Shown piece after piece: positions 1 to 20,731 of a stretch of 64,000 nt of DNA (position 1 is the first letter of the stretch; the number at the start of each line of letters is the position of its first letter). Location of the stretch: positions 1,612,001 to 1,676,000 of the forward strand of contig NW_002060954.1 in the NCBI RefSeq assembly GCF_000150275.1, in the 5' to 3' direction. Under the pieces are notes generated by a model that saw nothing but the letters and a program-made list of their open reading frames with translations, was not told the origin of the DNA and searched no databases. Source of the stretch: Trichoplax adhaerens (Eukaryota > Animalia > Placozoa). The translations under genes and the position numbers were made by a program.

Positions 1-188
1 TTTTAGTACCTATCCAGGGTAAATTAACAAATTTAGCCGCAGAAATAATAATTGCTTCTCAGTACATTATCGCTTCGATTACATTTTTAACAATATTAGC
101 CTAGCATAAAAATATATGTATAGTATATGGCCTATCTCCACTTATGACATGATTATCATTACTAGAGTTATGCTGCAATATTACTTAC

Positions 189-238
189 CTTTCCCTCTTG
201 TTAGTAGGGCTACCAGGCGTATCCAAAAAAGAGCTCAT
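189..238 (-). CDS. Putative first coding exon (MSSFLDTPGSPTNKRE...) of an unidentified gene that continues off the left edge, divergent from HEATR3
   Basis: Minus-strand ATG at 238, open for 50 nt to a consensus donor AG|GTAAGTAA (intron starts at 188). No homology recognised. Confidence 0.35.
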
Positions 239-1095
239 TATATAGGCTATTTATTTATCCAAATTTAATAGCAGGTCCACAAAAATTGAGCTATCTTTAT
301 TAACGTAATATATTTATATTTGCAGACGGGCTAGTTGGTTTGCTAGTTACCGGCTTATCATGGACTGCGTATATACAGTATGATTTACCTTCTGTCTATA
401 TTGTAGTATTTTCCTCAGTGAAAGTCCACTAACAATCTTTTTAGGAATACAGTAAGCTAAATCTTTCGTTTATTCAGTTATACTATTATTTAGAATACAT
501 GCTATTTGTTAATTAATTAAATGATGATCGATCGCCAATAATTTCACTTACTAAAGTCTAAATTAATATTAACATACATTCGAAATATCGTTGCCTAGTT
601 TTGAAAGTGTTTATCGCAAGATGCGCATGCGTCAAGCTTTACTTTGGCCAAGGTAGTTTCTAAGATAATGGAGGTTATCCTGGTTGGAATTATTGTCAGG
701 GACTTTTAAGACATAAGCATTTATCTTAATAGTCCCTGAATTTATACTATCCTGTACGTTATACTGTAGTCTATGATAGTTGCTAGCCGTCAATTTACTG
801 TACAGCAGAGGTCTGCATTCAGTAGTTCAAAAGTTATCCATCCAATGACAGAAGAAACTACACATGGACAAAACTAATGTCACTCGCTTCCTAGTGTAGG
901 AACTACTCTAGGCACGTAATATAGTGACATATTTTGGCTTACCACTTTACACCCAAATTCAATATCACCAGGACATCCATGCTGACCCTATACTGTACAA
1001 TTTGTATATAGCGGGCAGACGGTGATACGCTGTATCTGTACAGTCTGTTCTGCGCACAACCCTTAGTAGTGCAGTCACTTCATCCAAGACTTTTT

Positions 1096-1122
1096 CCCTA
1101 ACCCTAACCCGAGCCCTAACCC
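1096..1122 (+). repeat. Short interstitial telomere-like repeat (CCCTAA)n in the HEATR3 upstream region
   Basis: CCCTAA CCCTAA CCCGAG CCCTAA CCC, about 155 bp upstream of the HEATR3 ATG. Confidence 0.7.
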
Positions 1123-1277
1123 GTACAGCATGGTACTACGGCACTACTGCAAGTATCGGTCACGGTCAGCACTAGTAGTCCATACGTACTCCAGTACTAC
1201 AAACAAATTTAGTGGAGTGTGGAATCCCTCGACACAACAGGTGTAGTGCTACTGCTAAGGAAGATCTCGACGTTCGC

Positions 1278-4200
1278 ATGGGTAAATCAAATCTCGGTCA
1301 AAAGCGTGGAAAAAAATCGAAGAAAAGCAACGCAGCGCCTGCTGTTGGGACCACATTTAATAGTGTGGATATTCCTATCCTGGGAAAGGTAATGAAAGAA
1401 TAAGAGATTGTAAAGTTGGAATACTAGATATTTCGTTGTATACGATTCATTCTGCCTTGAGCTCAATGCTAGCATCAGTAATTTCTGTCATAATATTCCA
1501 CAATAGACCTGTATGATGGAGTATACGGCACCAGTAGACAACCTGCTGTATAATGTATATGGGCACAATAAATTCATTTTACTACGGATGAAATAAATGA
1601 TTATTCTTCATAATGGCATGCAACCACATGCCTTGTGTACTGTACTTGTAAAGGAAAGATAGATGTTGGCTGATTGCAAGGCATGGACTACTAAATTTAC
1701 GAGCGAATGTAGTAGCCCATGACTTCGGTATAGACTGTAGCTGTAGACGTACAATTACCTTTTAGATCAGGAATGGGCAATACACCGACCATCCAAGCAG
1801 ACAGTGTCAATAAGCATAACTCAAGGTATACCTTACAATTTTCAATCTACCGCAGTATTGCCCATCCTTGCTTTAGAGATCAGCCTTGCCTGCTTGGTAA
1901 AGCTGAAAGATGAACTACATAAATGCTGTACGTGTATAGCTCGCCATTTTGCTTGCAAGATGAGGAGACTACGAATGATATCTTAATAACAATTCATATT
2001 ACTATGCTCTACTGAGCAGATCTGCAATCGTGAAGCAGGAATAGATAGCATAGATGGTTTTATGGAAATGCATTTATTTAAATGAAATTACATTAGTAAT
2101 AAATGCACAATTACACATTTTGCATGGTAAATACGTAAATACGACATACGCATGCATTGCCTGAAGCACATTAACACTAGACATATACGCGTACTTTTCC
2201 ATTAACAATAGTACTTTGAGTATTTAAGCACATAAAGCAGTGTACGTATATCGCATACTTTATAGAATCTAATTATTCACCGCCAGTCCGTAATGATATC
2301 ATTATTAATGTTCACAAAAGTAGAGTGCAATTTGATATTTTGTCATAGGCGTAAAATGAATAAGATGAGATTATTGATATCAGTATACTTACATATATAA
2401 ACAGCTTTCGTCAAAGGATGATTCGGAAAGACAGTGTGCTTGTACCAGCTTAGCCAGTATCGTACTGGACGAGAACAACTTACCTCATTTATTAAAGAAT
2501 AACGTAATCGGAAAATTAGGTGTTCTACTATGTGACGACAATATAAACGTTATCCAAGCTGCTGCAGGAACATTAAGGAATATAGCTATTAATGCCGGTC
2601 CTGATGTATGTCAGCGCATGGTATCCAAAGACCAAATCTTGGAATCTTTATCTTCATCGCTAAATATGGTAGGGGTATTTCGTAAAAACAGTAACTTAAA
2701 TCATTAGCAAATACTGTAGGATGCCTAGCTTCGTGCGCTAATTACGAATTACTGTAGGATTTGTAAATCTTTATAAAAATGTAACAAATAGGATAGTAAA
2801 TAATGAACTTTACTTAGTCGCGAAGTCACTGATTTTTAGCTATTTGCAGACATAATGTAATATGCTGTATATCTATACAATCGAACAATGTTGTAGTGCC
2901 TCTTCTAGTCAATTTGTAATTTTTAATGGTGACGTTAAAATTATTAACCATTATTGGTATTACAGATTTATTACCTGAGCAATGATCTTTAATATTATAA
3001 TCGCTTTTTATGTCGTAACAGATACTTGGAATGCTAAATCAGCCGGGTCGTAATGATGAAAACACTGAAAGGGAAAGCATTGCTGTAGATAGTCTTGATC
3101 ATATCCTCAATGTTTTATGGAATATTTGGTAATTTTTTTTATAAGTTGGTTAACGTTCTTTCGGTTTGATTCCTTATCAATACTAACTAAATTATGTCTG
3201 TAATAAAATTACTTAAAACAGTGAAAATTCCAGCGATGCAATCCATTACGTTAATCTGGAGAAGCTTCCTCTTTTGGTAATTCAATGTATAAGCCTACCG
3301 TCGGCAAGTAAATGTTTACAAATTTCTGCAGGTATCTCTTATGTTACTATTATGTTTATGTTTTAAAATGCTAATCCAATTGAATATTGTTACGAAAGGG
3401 AATCATGAGTTTAACATGCTTTTAATCATTTGACTTTACCCACGTCTTATAGCTCAGTGTTTATATACCATCACTGAGGATAATCCTGCAAGTGGCCAGC
3501 ATTTATGCAAGTCGCAGGATCATCTGAAAGTTATTGATACTATCTTGTCATCGGATGGGAATGATTCTCATTATTTTTTACTCAAAGTATTAATTGCAGG
3601 TTTGTTTACGATGGTATTTCGGCATTACCAAGTTTTTTGCATTTTTTGCTACAAATTTTTTTACGATGTATTGGCTGTAGGTACAATGATGAATGTTAAA
3701 TCAACAATAGAAGCCGAAGCCTGGGAGAAAGCTCTCGGTACCGTTGCTAACGTTCTAAGACAAGTTCTTACATTTAATGCTGTCACTGAAATGACTTCGA
3801 TGGTCAAGATACTGCAGGCTGATACCGAAACGAATGATAGCCTTATGAAAAGATCATTTGATGATCAGCTGGAGAATATTGCTAATTTCCTTAATGCTCA
3901 ACAAATCGCTTTGGAGATAATAGCGAACGCATTCTTAAGCGAGGAAGGTAAATATGCGTTTTTAGAGGTGAAATTTATTTTGAAATTAATGTCATTCAAC
4001 AGTTTTACCGGTTAGTTTTATCTCGGACTTTATGCTATGAATTTAAACAGATGACAATGATGATAACGATGAATGGCAGGATTTATCTGATGGTCTTGAA
4101 AATGAAGACGAAATGGAGGAAGATAGCGACTTCAATGCAATCGTATGTGAATGAAGATTTAAAGTAGTATGTATTAATGGGTTCTTATGCTCTAGTAATT

Positions 4201-5656
4201 TTCGTTCATTTTTTTGAATTTTTCCTATCTTTAGCCTAATTTCGCCAACAATTCTGAAGTTTATACTGCATTTAACAATTATCAGCTTCCAATGACGGTA
4301 CTATACTTTAAGTTGTTTCTAATGGCTACATGTTTTGTATAGACGTATAAAATTTGAAGTAGCAACCGCTGGTCAAGAGCTTAACTGATTGATAAATCTG
4401 CCGTTATGTTTTTAGATTTTAAAAAAAATAGAGTTTGCAGATCAGAATCTGTATGCAACTTACCAAGCACACGTACGGGGTAGACCATTACTAAGAAAGT
4501 ATGTTAAGAGTTGCTTGATTGTAGCCAATTAATGAATATTCCTTTAAAATTTACTTATGTAACGTGTGATATTTTACCACAATTCAGATAACTATCTACG
4601 GTTTTTTGATGTCGATAGGTTGGATGCAATACAAGTAAGAGCCTTGTCATGTCTAGATAACATGTTTTCTCTAGCGGATGTTGACTTGCAGTGCGATCAA
4701 GATGCCTTAGAAGCAATATGGAATGCATTATTTCAACTGGGATTCGGCCATACTGGTTTGTTCTTATTTAGTATTCTTGAACACCTTTCCTGACCTAGTA
4801 TAACTGCTTTACTACTTTTAAATGTTACTAGAGAGTATTCATTGCCGTAGAACTGACCATCATTTTATGGAATCGGTGATTTGTACTATGAGATCTCTCC
4901 TACAAAGACTATATCGTTGCAATTCTAAGGTCTACTACTACTATAGAGAAAAACATTTTTCGTAACTATGTAGAGCTTTATTGTGTGCTATTAATAATCA
5001 TAATACTGTTATCATAAATTTGGTGCAAGTAGTGTCTAAATGAAGAACAACTGACTGCCCTAGCTGAATATCTCAATAATAGCTCCATAAGCGACCACAC
5101 AAAAGCTGGGCTAGTAGGGTTACTAGGTATCGCTGGACAGATGGCAAAAACTTGGGAGAATGATTCAGGATTACAAGTATTGAGAGTATGTACATTTTAA
5201 CTAAAGAATAAGTGACGCATAGACTTAGTTTAATTGTATACTGATCCATACTGGCGACTAAGACTTAACTGATTATACCAATGACTAGTTAACTGGAACA
5301 GTTCTATGTGTACTTAGCCAAAAAGAAGATAACTTATGGCTTGCTGCTGAAGCAGTGGATTCACTGATAGATATATTCGCAGATGGTAACGTTGCGGATA
5401 CAGTTGCAAAGCAGCTTCGTGTCGTCGAACATTTACAGCAGTTATTACCAAGAATGAAATCGAAGGTATTCATACTATATACTGTACTATTATAGGATAC
5501 TAACAGACTATCCTCATATATTTATTTTTGAAAATTTTAAAACCATTGCAGATGAAGTCGGAGAGAGCAAACTTAGGGAAGAAGTTCCACTTTGTAGATA
5601 ATGTTCGATTAAATTTAGTCCGTTTTATAAAGTACAAGAATGAGCAGACACCCTGA
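1278..5656 (+). CDS. HEATR3: HEAT repeat-containing protein 3 (Syo1-like uL5/uL18 import chaperone), multi-exon
   Basis: Exon 1 1278-1388 (MGKSNLGQKRGKK, basic N-terminus). Exon 2 2405-2668 (ERQCACTSLA...AAAGTLRNIA...DVCQRMVSKD). Later exons give VLWNICENS, AQCLYTITEDNP, QQIALEIIANAFLSEE and an acidic DEWQDLSD stretch; the last exon ends DNVRLNLVRFIKYKNEQTP* (TGA 5654-5656). Introns read are GT-AG and in phase. Confidence 0.93.
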
Positions 5657-6186
5657 TTTAAAAGTTAGCAGTAAAAGCAACTTATTAAATTCTTCATTCT
5701 CTTCATTAATCTATAAATGATATGTTACAGTAAGAATTATTATTATTCACGATCTTGATAAAGAGTTTTTCAATGAAATAAAATGTGCTAATCTACGAGT
5801 ATACTTCTTATCGGTCAGCAATATTTGAGAGTTAAATCTCTTTTTACAACAAATACCAATTATGATAGACAATTTAGCATATACAGTACTATTTAAGGAT
5901 ATGTACGATGTATGGATATAACCGATTTATGTCACTGTACCATGATCATCACTAGTGTTATACAAAGTCACAAGTTACAGATACGATTATACTGTATTAT
6001 TGCAATATTACATTATATAGCACTTTACTTGAGTTAGCAGGTATACGTATTACGTATACTGTATTGTAAGCGTCTGCATCACGTAATATCAAACGTCTTG
6101 CATGGTGCTAGGAGAACTATCAGTAGTAACTAGATTATCACTCCGATCATATAGTATTCGCTTAAATTACTGTAGAATTCATATAT

Positions 6187-7119
6187 CTAGTCGTACTGGT
6201 AGACCATTTTTTTGGTGTTTGACAGCAATTTGTTACCACCTTTCTCTATGATCTCCAAGATCTTAAAGTGTTTAATTTTACTTATTTGAGGACTTTCACC
6301 AACTCTGACTAGATCGCCGATTCGACACTTTGATTTCTCATCATGGGCAAAAATTTTATTCTTTCGTAGGTAAAACTATATAAGAAATAAGTGCAATGTC
6401 AGTAGTATCGTTACAAGCGAAGAGTGCGCATCATTCGAGGTGTGATATTGTACAAATTATATTATCAGTACTAGTATACCGGAGTGCACTGAGTTAATTT
6501 ATAGTAATTTACAGGCACTGATACTTTGGAATCGAGTAAGATAATATCCGCTGGCATGCTTGCACTGTTCCTTGCACAATATGTACACGTGTAGTGCAAT
6601 AAAGCAGGTTTGAACGCTATAGTTTTCAATGTTTGAACTCCAAATTATATAAGTCATAGTTTATACTACATATACAACCCTATTTTGGCATTGCCATAGA
6701 ATCGAAACCTGATGACTACAACTTCTCTACAAGTCTAGAACAGAAACAGTCATAACTTGGTTTTTGCAGATACACTTGCAATCTACTGCACATCATCTTC
6801 CATTAACTGTCCATATAGTACTGTAAATTACTAGGAAATAACTCCACCGCGTTACTGGTGGTCGTCTTAACAAACACTTGCACGGTAGACTTTATCGTCT
6901 ACCGAAATGTCGACTAACTACTGTAATATTACGTACGATCAATGCACAAGAAAGGATAAGAAGAAAAGCGGCATACAGCTGTAACATGGCGTCGTATAGT
7001 ATGCTTACTGCATCACGTACCTTGCACACCCTAGGATTTAAAACCGATCTGACGATTTCTACTTTGACAGTCTTGGCCATGCTCGTGGAAATAACACGAC
7101 CTATACTAGACGCAGGCAT
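6187..7119 (-). CDS. MRPS17: Mitochondrial ribosomal protein uS17m, 2 exons (7119-7021, 6375-6187)
   Basis: Spliced product MPASSIGRVISTSMAKTVKVEIVRSVLNPRVCK|FYLRKNKIFAHDEKSKCRIGDLVRVGESPQISKIKHFKILEII... carries uS17 motifs (GxV.S..M.KTV.V; AHDE...C..GD.V; SK.K.F). Confidence 0.9.
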
Positions 7120-7894
7120 AGTGTTGAATTACTTCCCCTTTGATATGACTTTTTCCTTATACCTAATTAAACGATTAAAAAAGAGCAACAAGACTCGAAA
7201 AGAGGTAGAGTAGATCCAATCTGGTATCAACGCTAATTTTGCTCGATCTGTCTAATAAAAGTCTGCGCAGTTCGGTGAAAATTACTTGGTACATTTCTAG
7301 TAGAAGAAAAAAGACCCAGAATACACTAGGCATGACTCGGACGGTCGGACGCTTTGGCCTCATATTCGTCAAATACTGTTTGAAAGATTTCGTTATAATG
7401 TCATTAAGCCAATGTTCGATTCTGTAATAATTCATTTATTTTTCTAAATTAAGGCATATTACATAAAATTCTATTTTATTTACTAAGTTCTGCTTGAAAG
7501 TAGTGATATCACGCCATAACTGTTCTTGAATTAGTAGAAATGATTCGAGAAAAATCGGTGCAGGAGATCCATACAGTCAGGTCTATCCATACTACAGTCA
7601 GTAATAATTAATCAGTATCTGATCTAAAAAGTCTGTCCATCCGAAGAGGTCCAAATTTACGGAACAAGACTACTGTACTGTACTGTACGTTCACTAGTGT
7701 ACTGTATAGTACAGTACATTGTAACGTAGTGCGCGTATTCATTGACGTATAGTACGTTGGTTCTGTACGGTATATATGTGACATGTATAAAGCGTCTGAT
7801 TTAGTCGATATGATTGCAATATTAACATTATCACATTATCGAATTATTGAAATATCAAATTATACTATTTATGTATAATTATGAAATTTGATAG

Positions 7895-8993
<1,099 letters not shown>

Positions 8994-10757
8994 AATATAG
9001 CGACGCAATGAAATTTGCCATAATGTAGCTGTTTTGATTTGAAATATAATTTTATTTACGTGGTTATACGCGTATATTAGATAATTATGAAGCTTATAAT
9101 TACTACTTTAGGGCTATAATTTAATCTTCCGAGGTTTCACCTACTCATATTAATGACAAACTAGGGTATTTTAATACGTTTCCCTAAATACTACCAGTAT
9201 TAATCTCTTATACTAGATATTTCCTATACAATACTCTATTAACTCTTGATTTTGGACTATAATGGTCATTAAGCCATTTATTGAAAGATTAAAACGATTG
9301 GAAATTAACTTCGAATTCAAGGAAATGGGTTCATCTTTATCTAGTATAAACTTTAGGACTAGTTGCAACTAGACCTGTTAAGCTTATCTTATTATTCTGC
9401 TATTTTATCTCCTTGGTGACATATTTGTACTGTGCCATAGCTGTGCTTTGCGTAGAATCCTTAGATACCATCATTTTACGTTGAACGCTTGAGGGTATAT
9501 TGATAAACAAGAATAGCCAAATAAATAATTATAACAGATAGCTAAGATTAGGCAGGAGGTAGTATGAACTGAGTGATTTAAAAAATGGAAATAAAGAATA
9601 GGTTATAGCGATAATAAACAACGACTACTGCAAAAGTTACGTTTGCATTATTATTCTTTGAGATATTGCGATGTCTATGTAAAAACAGGGACTACTGTGA
9701 ATTAAGATTTTACTAACCTTATGATCTCATCCATCACCCAAAATTGCACCTACATGAATTCGCGATAGTGGCAAATGCTAGAAGAATCATTTACATACGT
9801 GCTGTATAGCCAGTCAATGTCCTTTTTTTGATAATACATAAATTATGTATATATTATATTAGTATCCATTCTTATACACTTAGAATTAATTATAAAGCAG
9901 TCAGCCGAACCTGCAGCTGTAGTACGGGTTTCTCTTGCTATGCAGCACAACTCTTCTTTAAATGCTTACTATGATTAAGTAAATGCATTAAAGCTTTAGG
10001 CCCCTTGACTTTCAGATCGAAGAGCAGTATATTCCCTCATTGATTTTTTGATTTTTCTTTTTATATTGACATCGACTGAGCAGCTTCAGTCAATTATACG
10101 AAAATTATATACTAAGCTGGTTGAATCAACTGCTCATACACGAGTATGTTGCAGTTAGCAGCTCAACGTAGACTTTAACTTGGTAAGTAATTGATCAAGA
10201 AAATTTTTATGCTGCGTATTGTCTAAGTTGTGTCAAATTCTTGTTCTATTCTATGTACTGATATCTAAATTGTGTCATAAAATTGAAAATAATCCTTACC
10301 GTAAAACTTGATAATAATGCACTGAGGAAGAATAAATTAATTATTTAATTGCATATATAACGCCTCAATACAGTATGCATCTTTTTATTTTTTAAATTTT
10401 CGATGAGGGTATAACCTAATTTGTACGGTACTATACAGCTGGCAAATAGGCTAATTTATAACAAGCGAATGAAACCAGTTCGCCTGCCCACTTTCATGAT
10501 ATGCAACTTATATACCGGAGACGAATATTAGTGCTATATTATAAGTATTTATTGGCTTTGATCGGTTTAATTAAAGGTGTAAAAATTCATACTAAATTTC
10601 ATTAACTCTTATCGCATACTGTAGCGCATACCATTTAAAGTAGTAATGTAGGTTTTGACGTTACTATACTTACATCTGGTCTAGTCTACCCTATAGTATC
10701 AACAGGCACTACTTCAGAAAGGAATCGACCAATACCTACATTATCACAACAATTGAC

Positions 10758-11702
10758 ATGGCGATAATACCTGCGCAGCAAGTCTGTGTTACAAAGGTCG
10801 CTCTTCATAGCTTATGTAAAGGTCTACTCAGATAGATGTGATCTTAGACTCATTTTAGTGAAGTAACTGTATTCGATGAAATGTGTCTATACAGTTAGAA
10901 TCATTTCATTGTTAAAGATCAGTTCTTATACGTATGTTCTCAGTAGCAGTCTGAATGAAGTGGCATGATTTCGTTGAGATGCGATGACAATTCGACATTG
11001 TGCACCATGAGAATAGACATTATGAGACATATATATGCTATATGGATAATTATATAGTATTTATTCGCGACCAACTTCTGTATCAACGTCTTAATGGCAG
11101 TTGATTACTGTAGTTTGCAAAATATCTTGCCTAAAAATTCAATCAGTATCACAACAAATGATTCATTCTACAGATATTGTACACATAGTAGTCAATTAGC
11201 CGTTTAAAATATGATTAATTTATGCTATCAATACTAACTGACGAAGTAAAAGTAGATATTAAGAAACAAAACAAGCTATCGCAAATGCTTCGAAATTGCC
11301 AAATGTCAGTAATCATTGTGGGGGTTGGATACACCGATTTTAGTGCTATGAATAATTGGATGGCTATAACGGAGTTTTAGTAAGGTATGGTGATTTAAAT
11401 TGTACTTGAAAAATATTAATACTTTAGTTTATTCTATATTAGATATTAAGTCGTCATCTGGAGAAGCTGATATGCATGATATTCTTCAATTTATTTAGGT
11501 TTGAATAGTCTGTATTACAATTACCCGTACCAGAGAGATTCTTAGCCTAGAGAATTAGTCGAATAGACTAACTATGATGCAGACATGTGAAATTTTTCAT
11601 TTATACGCTCCATATATTTTAGCGCAACATGTGCTCGCTGAAATTCTGAAGTAGTTATCGTAACATTACTTTCAGATAAATTCAGATCCTATACGATGTT
11701 GA
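10758..11702 (+). pseudogene. Copine pseudogene copy B: degenerate exon 1 plus exons 13-15, central exons absent
   Basis: ATG at 10758 reads MAIIPAQQVCVTKVALHSLCKGL (intact copy: MASADPATCVTKVELYISCQGL), then shifts frame. 11215-11702 is a frameshifted copy of the vWA exons; the last exon ILAQHVLAEILK* has TAG at 11652-11654. Confidence 0.85.
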
Positions 11703-13607
11703 AAATTAGAATACTACGAAATTTACTACAATGCAGCTGTTTCATTTGAAAAATAACTTTACTTATGAGGATATGGTATATGATACGGATTGATAAATAG
11801 TTATTATTTTAGAGCTATAATTTAATCTTCTGAGGTTTCACTTATTCGTATCAATGATGAAATAGGAAAAAAATTTGAATAGAATTTGACATTGGGTTAT
11901 TCACCATGCTTTATGTAAAGATTTTCGCTAAGTTACACATGCAAGCAGTGCTAATCTCCGTTGATATTAAATGTTATATTATACCGTACTTTATATAAAG
12001 TTCTTGATATTCGATATTAATAGGTTAAGCTGTCTATCGGAAGAACAAAATAACTGAAAAGTTCAATTTCTGCTTAAAAATTAAAGAAATTGGACTCGGC
12101 ATTCTTTACTTGGTATAGGGATGGCTACAGGATTAGTTGCATCTGGTATTTTTGTACTTATTTCTTTTTGTCTTCAGCTACCTTATTTTCCTCAGAAGAC
12201 ATACATATATACCCGTATGCCTACTACGATTATTATAGTTGTGCATTGCATCGATAGCACCATTTTATGTTGAACATTTAAGAGTAAATGTTGACAAACG
12301 TAAATAAACTACTGATAGCCTACCAAAAGTGATTTAATTTAAAGTGAAGAAAGAAGTAATATGTAGTTAGCAATCATGGACGTATTTTACTCATTGTTTA
12401 ATAGGTACATACAGAAGCTGGTGACCAGATTGCCATGGCTCTAAATTATCTCGATAGTTTCTCGTATTGAATCTCATATAATAACTGCCAATATAGTGCG
12501 AAAGTTAAGCTTATACTAGCCCACGTTGACACATTCTAATGCAGAGGTAAAATTGTATTTTGTGATCTCTTCGCTCGTTCATCCGTATGATAATGCAAAT
12601 TTATAGCAGTGAAAAGTGCTAGATGGATTATGGATAGCTAACAGGTTGGTTAGCCTCTCCCTTCTTTATAATCTAATACTATAGTAATACTGGTGGTAAA
12701 CTATAATCTTTGCAGTTAGTTTGATATTCATCCTTCTAAATGAATCATGAAGTTCTTAGTCATGCCTTTTAATCTGTGGTACAGTTACAGAGCATCTATT
12801 CTCTATTGCAGTGCAAGTACAGCTTACTTTCCTGTACATTACTTATGGTAATTATGCGTAGTTCAACGTAATCAATTTTTAGGACTTGTGAGCTTGAAGA
12901 CAGAAATATTATGGAACTTCATTATTGATTTTTCTGTATTTAGGAAAGCAGTTGCATAGGACAGTAATAATTGCTCGAGGAAAGTATTATAGAGGCATAA
13001 AGAGGTGTTTTTACCCCTATGGGAAATTCTCAATCAGGCTTTCTAATCTACGGTACGGTTACAGAACAATTTTCTCCCATTACATTATTATGTAATTCTT
13101 CTTCTTATTATTATGTGCTGGTATTGTACAAAATTTATATTCCTTTTCAGTGCATTGCTTATCTCAATTAGTTCAATATAATAAAATTTTAGGACTAGTA
13201 AACTTTAAGATAGAAATTTCATCACTAATTTTTTCCCTTCTTTCTAGGAAAGTTGCTTAGGATAGCATCAATAGCTCATAGAAATTACAAATTACAAATA
13301 TAAACATCATAGCGGTAAAAAGCCTTTTTTACTGCTAGGAAAAATAATCCGTTGTCCAGGTTGCTGTTGTCCAGACGCACTAAGGCTGTTTCCTAGTTTA
13401 CTGTATATTGTACACCATACTGTCTATGGATTAGAGTAGATTAGACTGCTTTGTAATTGTATACTGAAGGAGCAGCATCTACGTGATACATTAAGGAACA
13501 AAAAGAATCAACAACTTCATTCCGTGCATAGTATCTATTAAACGTTGATCAGGAGTTAAATCATTGCCATCGAGATCTTGCTTTCTAGCTATCAGTGTTA
13601 AATAAGC

Positions 13608-18214
<4,607 letters not shown>

Positions 18215-19086
18215 AAGAAAAGTGCATTAACAACATTTACTTTTTATTTTCAGTATAACATAGACAGTAGTTTAATTCTATCAAGATTTTGAATAAATAA
18301 TAATCCTAGCAATGATTCCTTTCTGAGCGAGCAAAGTCTGCATCTTGATTGTCTATGTAATTGTTTATTTCTCATAATACCTAAATACACTTTCAATGCG
18401 ACTGACAGGATTATAATTACCGTTCCTATAAAAAATCTTGTCGTATAATATTATGTACTTAGCTGATACTGTTGAAAGTATATAATCTTTGTCTTAAAAT
18501 TATGTCATAGATTGTTGTTAGCTTCGACTTTTCATTACTAATCTTGTGCAAACGTTGGTAAATGGTTGAGAATGCAGAAAGTGGTTATTTGAAAAATAAT
18601 ATTGAAGAGTAGCATGATGATTAGTGACGTGACCCACACGTGTGTGGCAACTGTAGGCTATTTTGCTCATTAGCGGTGATTGATAATTGTAACACTTCAA
18701 TGTAATTAACATAAGTATTGGTAATTTCTTAATTATACTTTGCTTCTAAATTAAATTATCATATCAGTTTCAGCTAACATAGTTTTCGCTACAAAATTTA
18801 AATATTTTTTACATAGCAAATCGAGACTGCAACTACAATAGGTCTAAAATTAAAAAAGTTGGGGAGTTTAACTACTCAAAATTGGTACACGTTTACAACA
18901 AATGTCAATAGGTAGTCAATTATAGATTTTACGTCCTTTTATTTGGTACAACTAGCAACAAGGAAGTTATCATAATACCATTTTTAATTAGCGGTACATA
19001 TTATTTGCTAGTGAAACTAAAAGAGGTATAATACAAAAACAGGGATGAATAAAGTGGTATTTATGATGCAGGTGTGATACAGTTGT

Positions 19087-20569
<1,483 letters not shown>

Positions 20570-20685
20570 CTATCAAAAGAAAGCATAAAACAATTCAATT
20601 GCAACATCATTGATTACCCTGTCTTAGCCATGCTAGGACAGAAAAGAATTTAAAACGAGAATGAATTCTTTTTCTCTGCAGTTGT

Positions 20686-20723
20686 TCGTAAACCGTCAGT
20701 AAAGCGACGGGAGTTTGCACTAG
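20686..20723 (+). mobile_element. 38-bp dispersed repeat resembling a Helitron 3' terminus (copy 1)
   Basis: TCGTAAACCGTCAGTAAAGCGACGGGAGTTTGCACTAG|T: CCGTC/GACGG hairpin 9 nt before a terminal CTAG followed by T; 37/38 identical to 27566-27603. Confidence 0.6.
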
Positions 20724-20730
20724 TTATCTT

Positions 20731-20731
20731 N
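20731..20731. other. Ambiguous base or probable assembly join
   Basis: Only N seen in the window; lies 8 bp after the repeat and where the missing NUDT21 5' exons would be expected. Confidence 0.7.

Noticed and set aside
1598-1673. Possible C/D-box snoRNA in HEATR3 intron 1 (ATGATTA ... CTGA)
   Set aside because: Degenerate C box, no terminal stem and no recognisable rRNA/snRNA complement; would need snoscan or Infernal.
3332-3340. GTATCTCTT donor in HEATR3 and GTATCCTT at 31203 in PNKP as U12 sites
   Set aside because: The first departs from RTATCCTT; the second is intron-internal, downstream of a normal GTAAGG donor.
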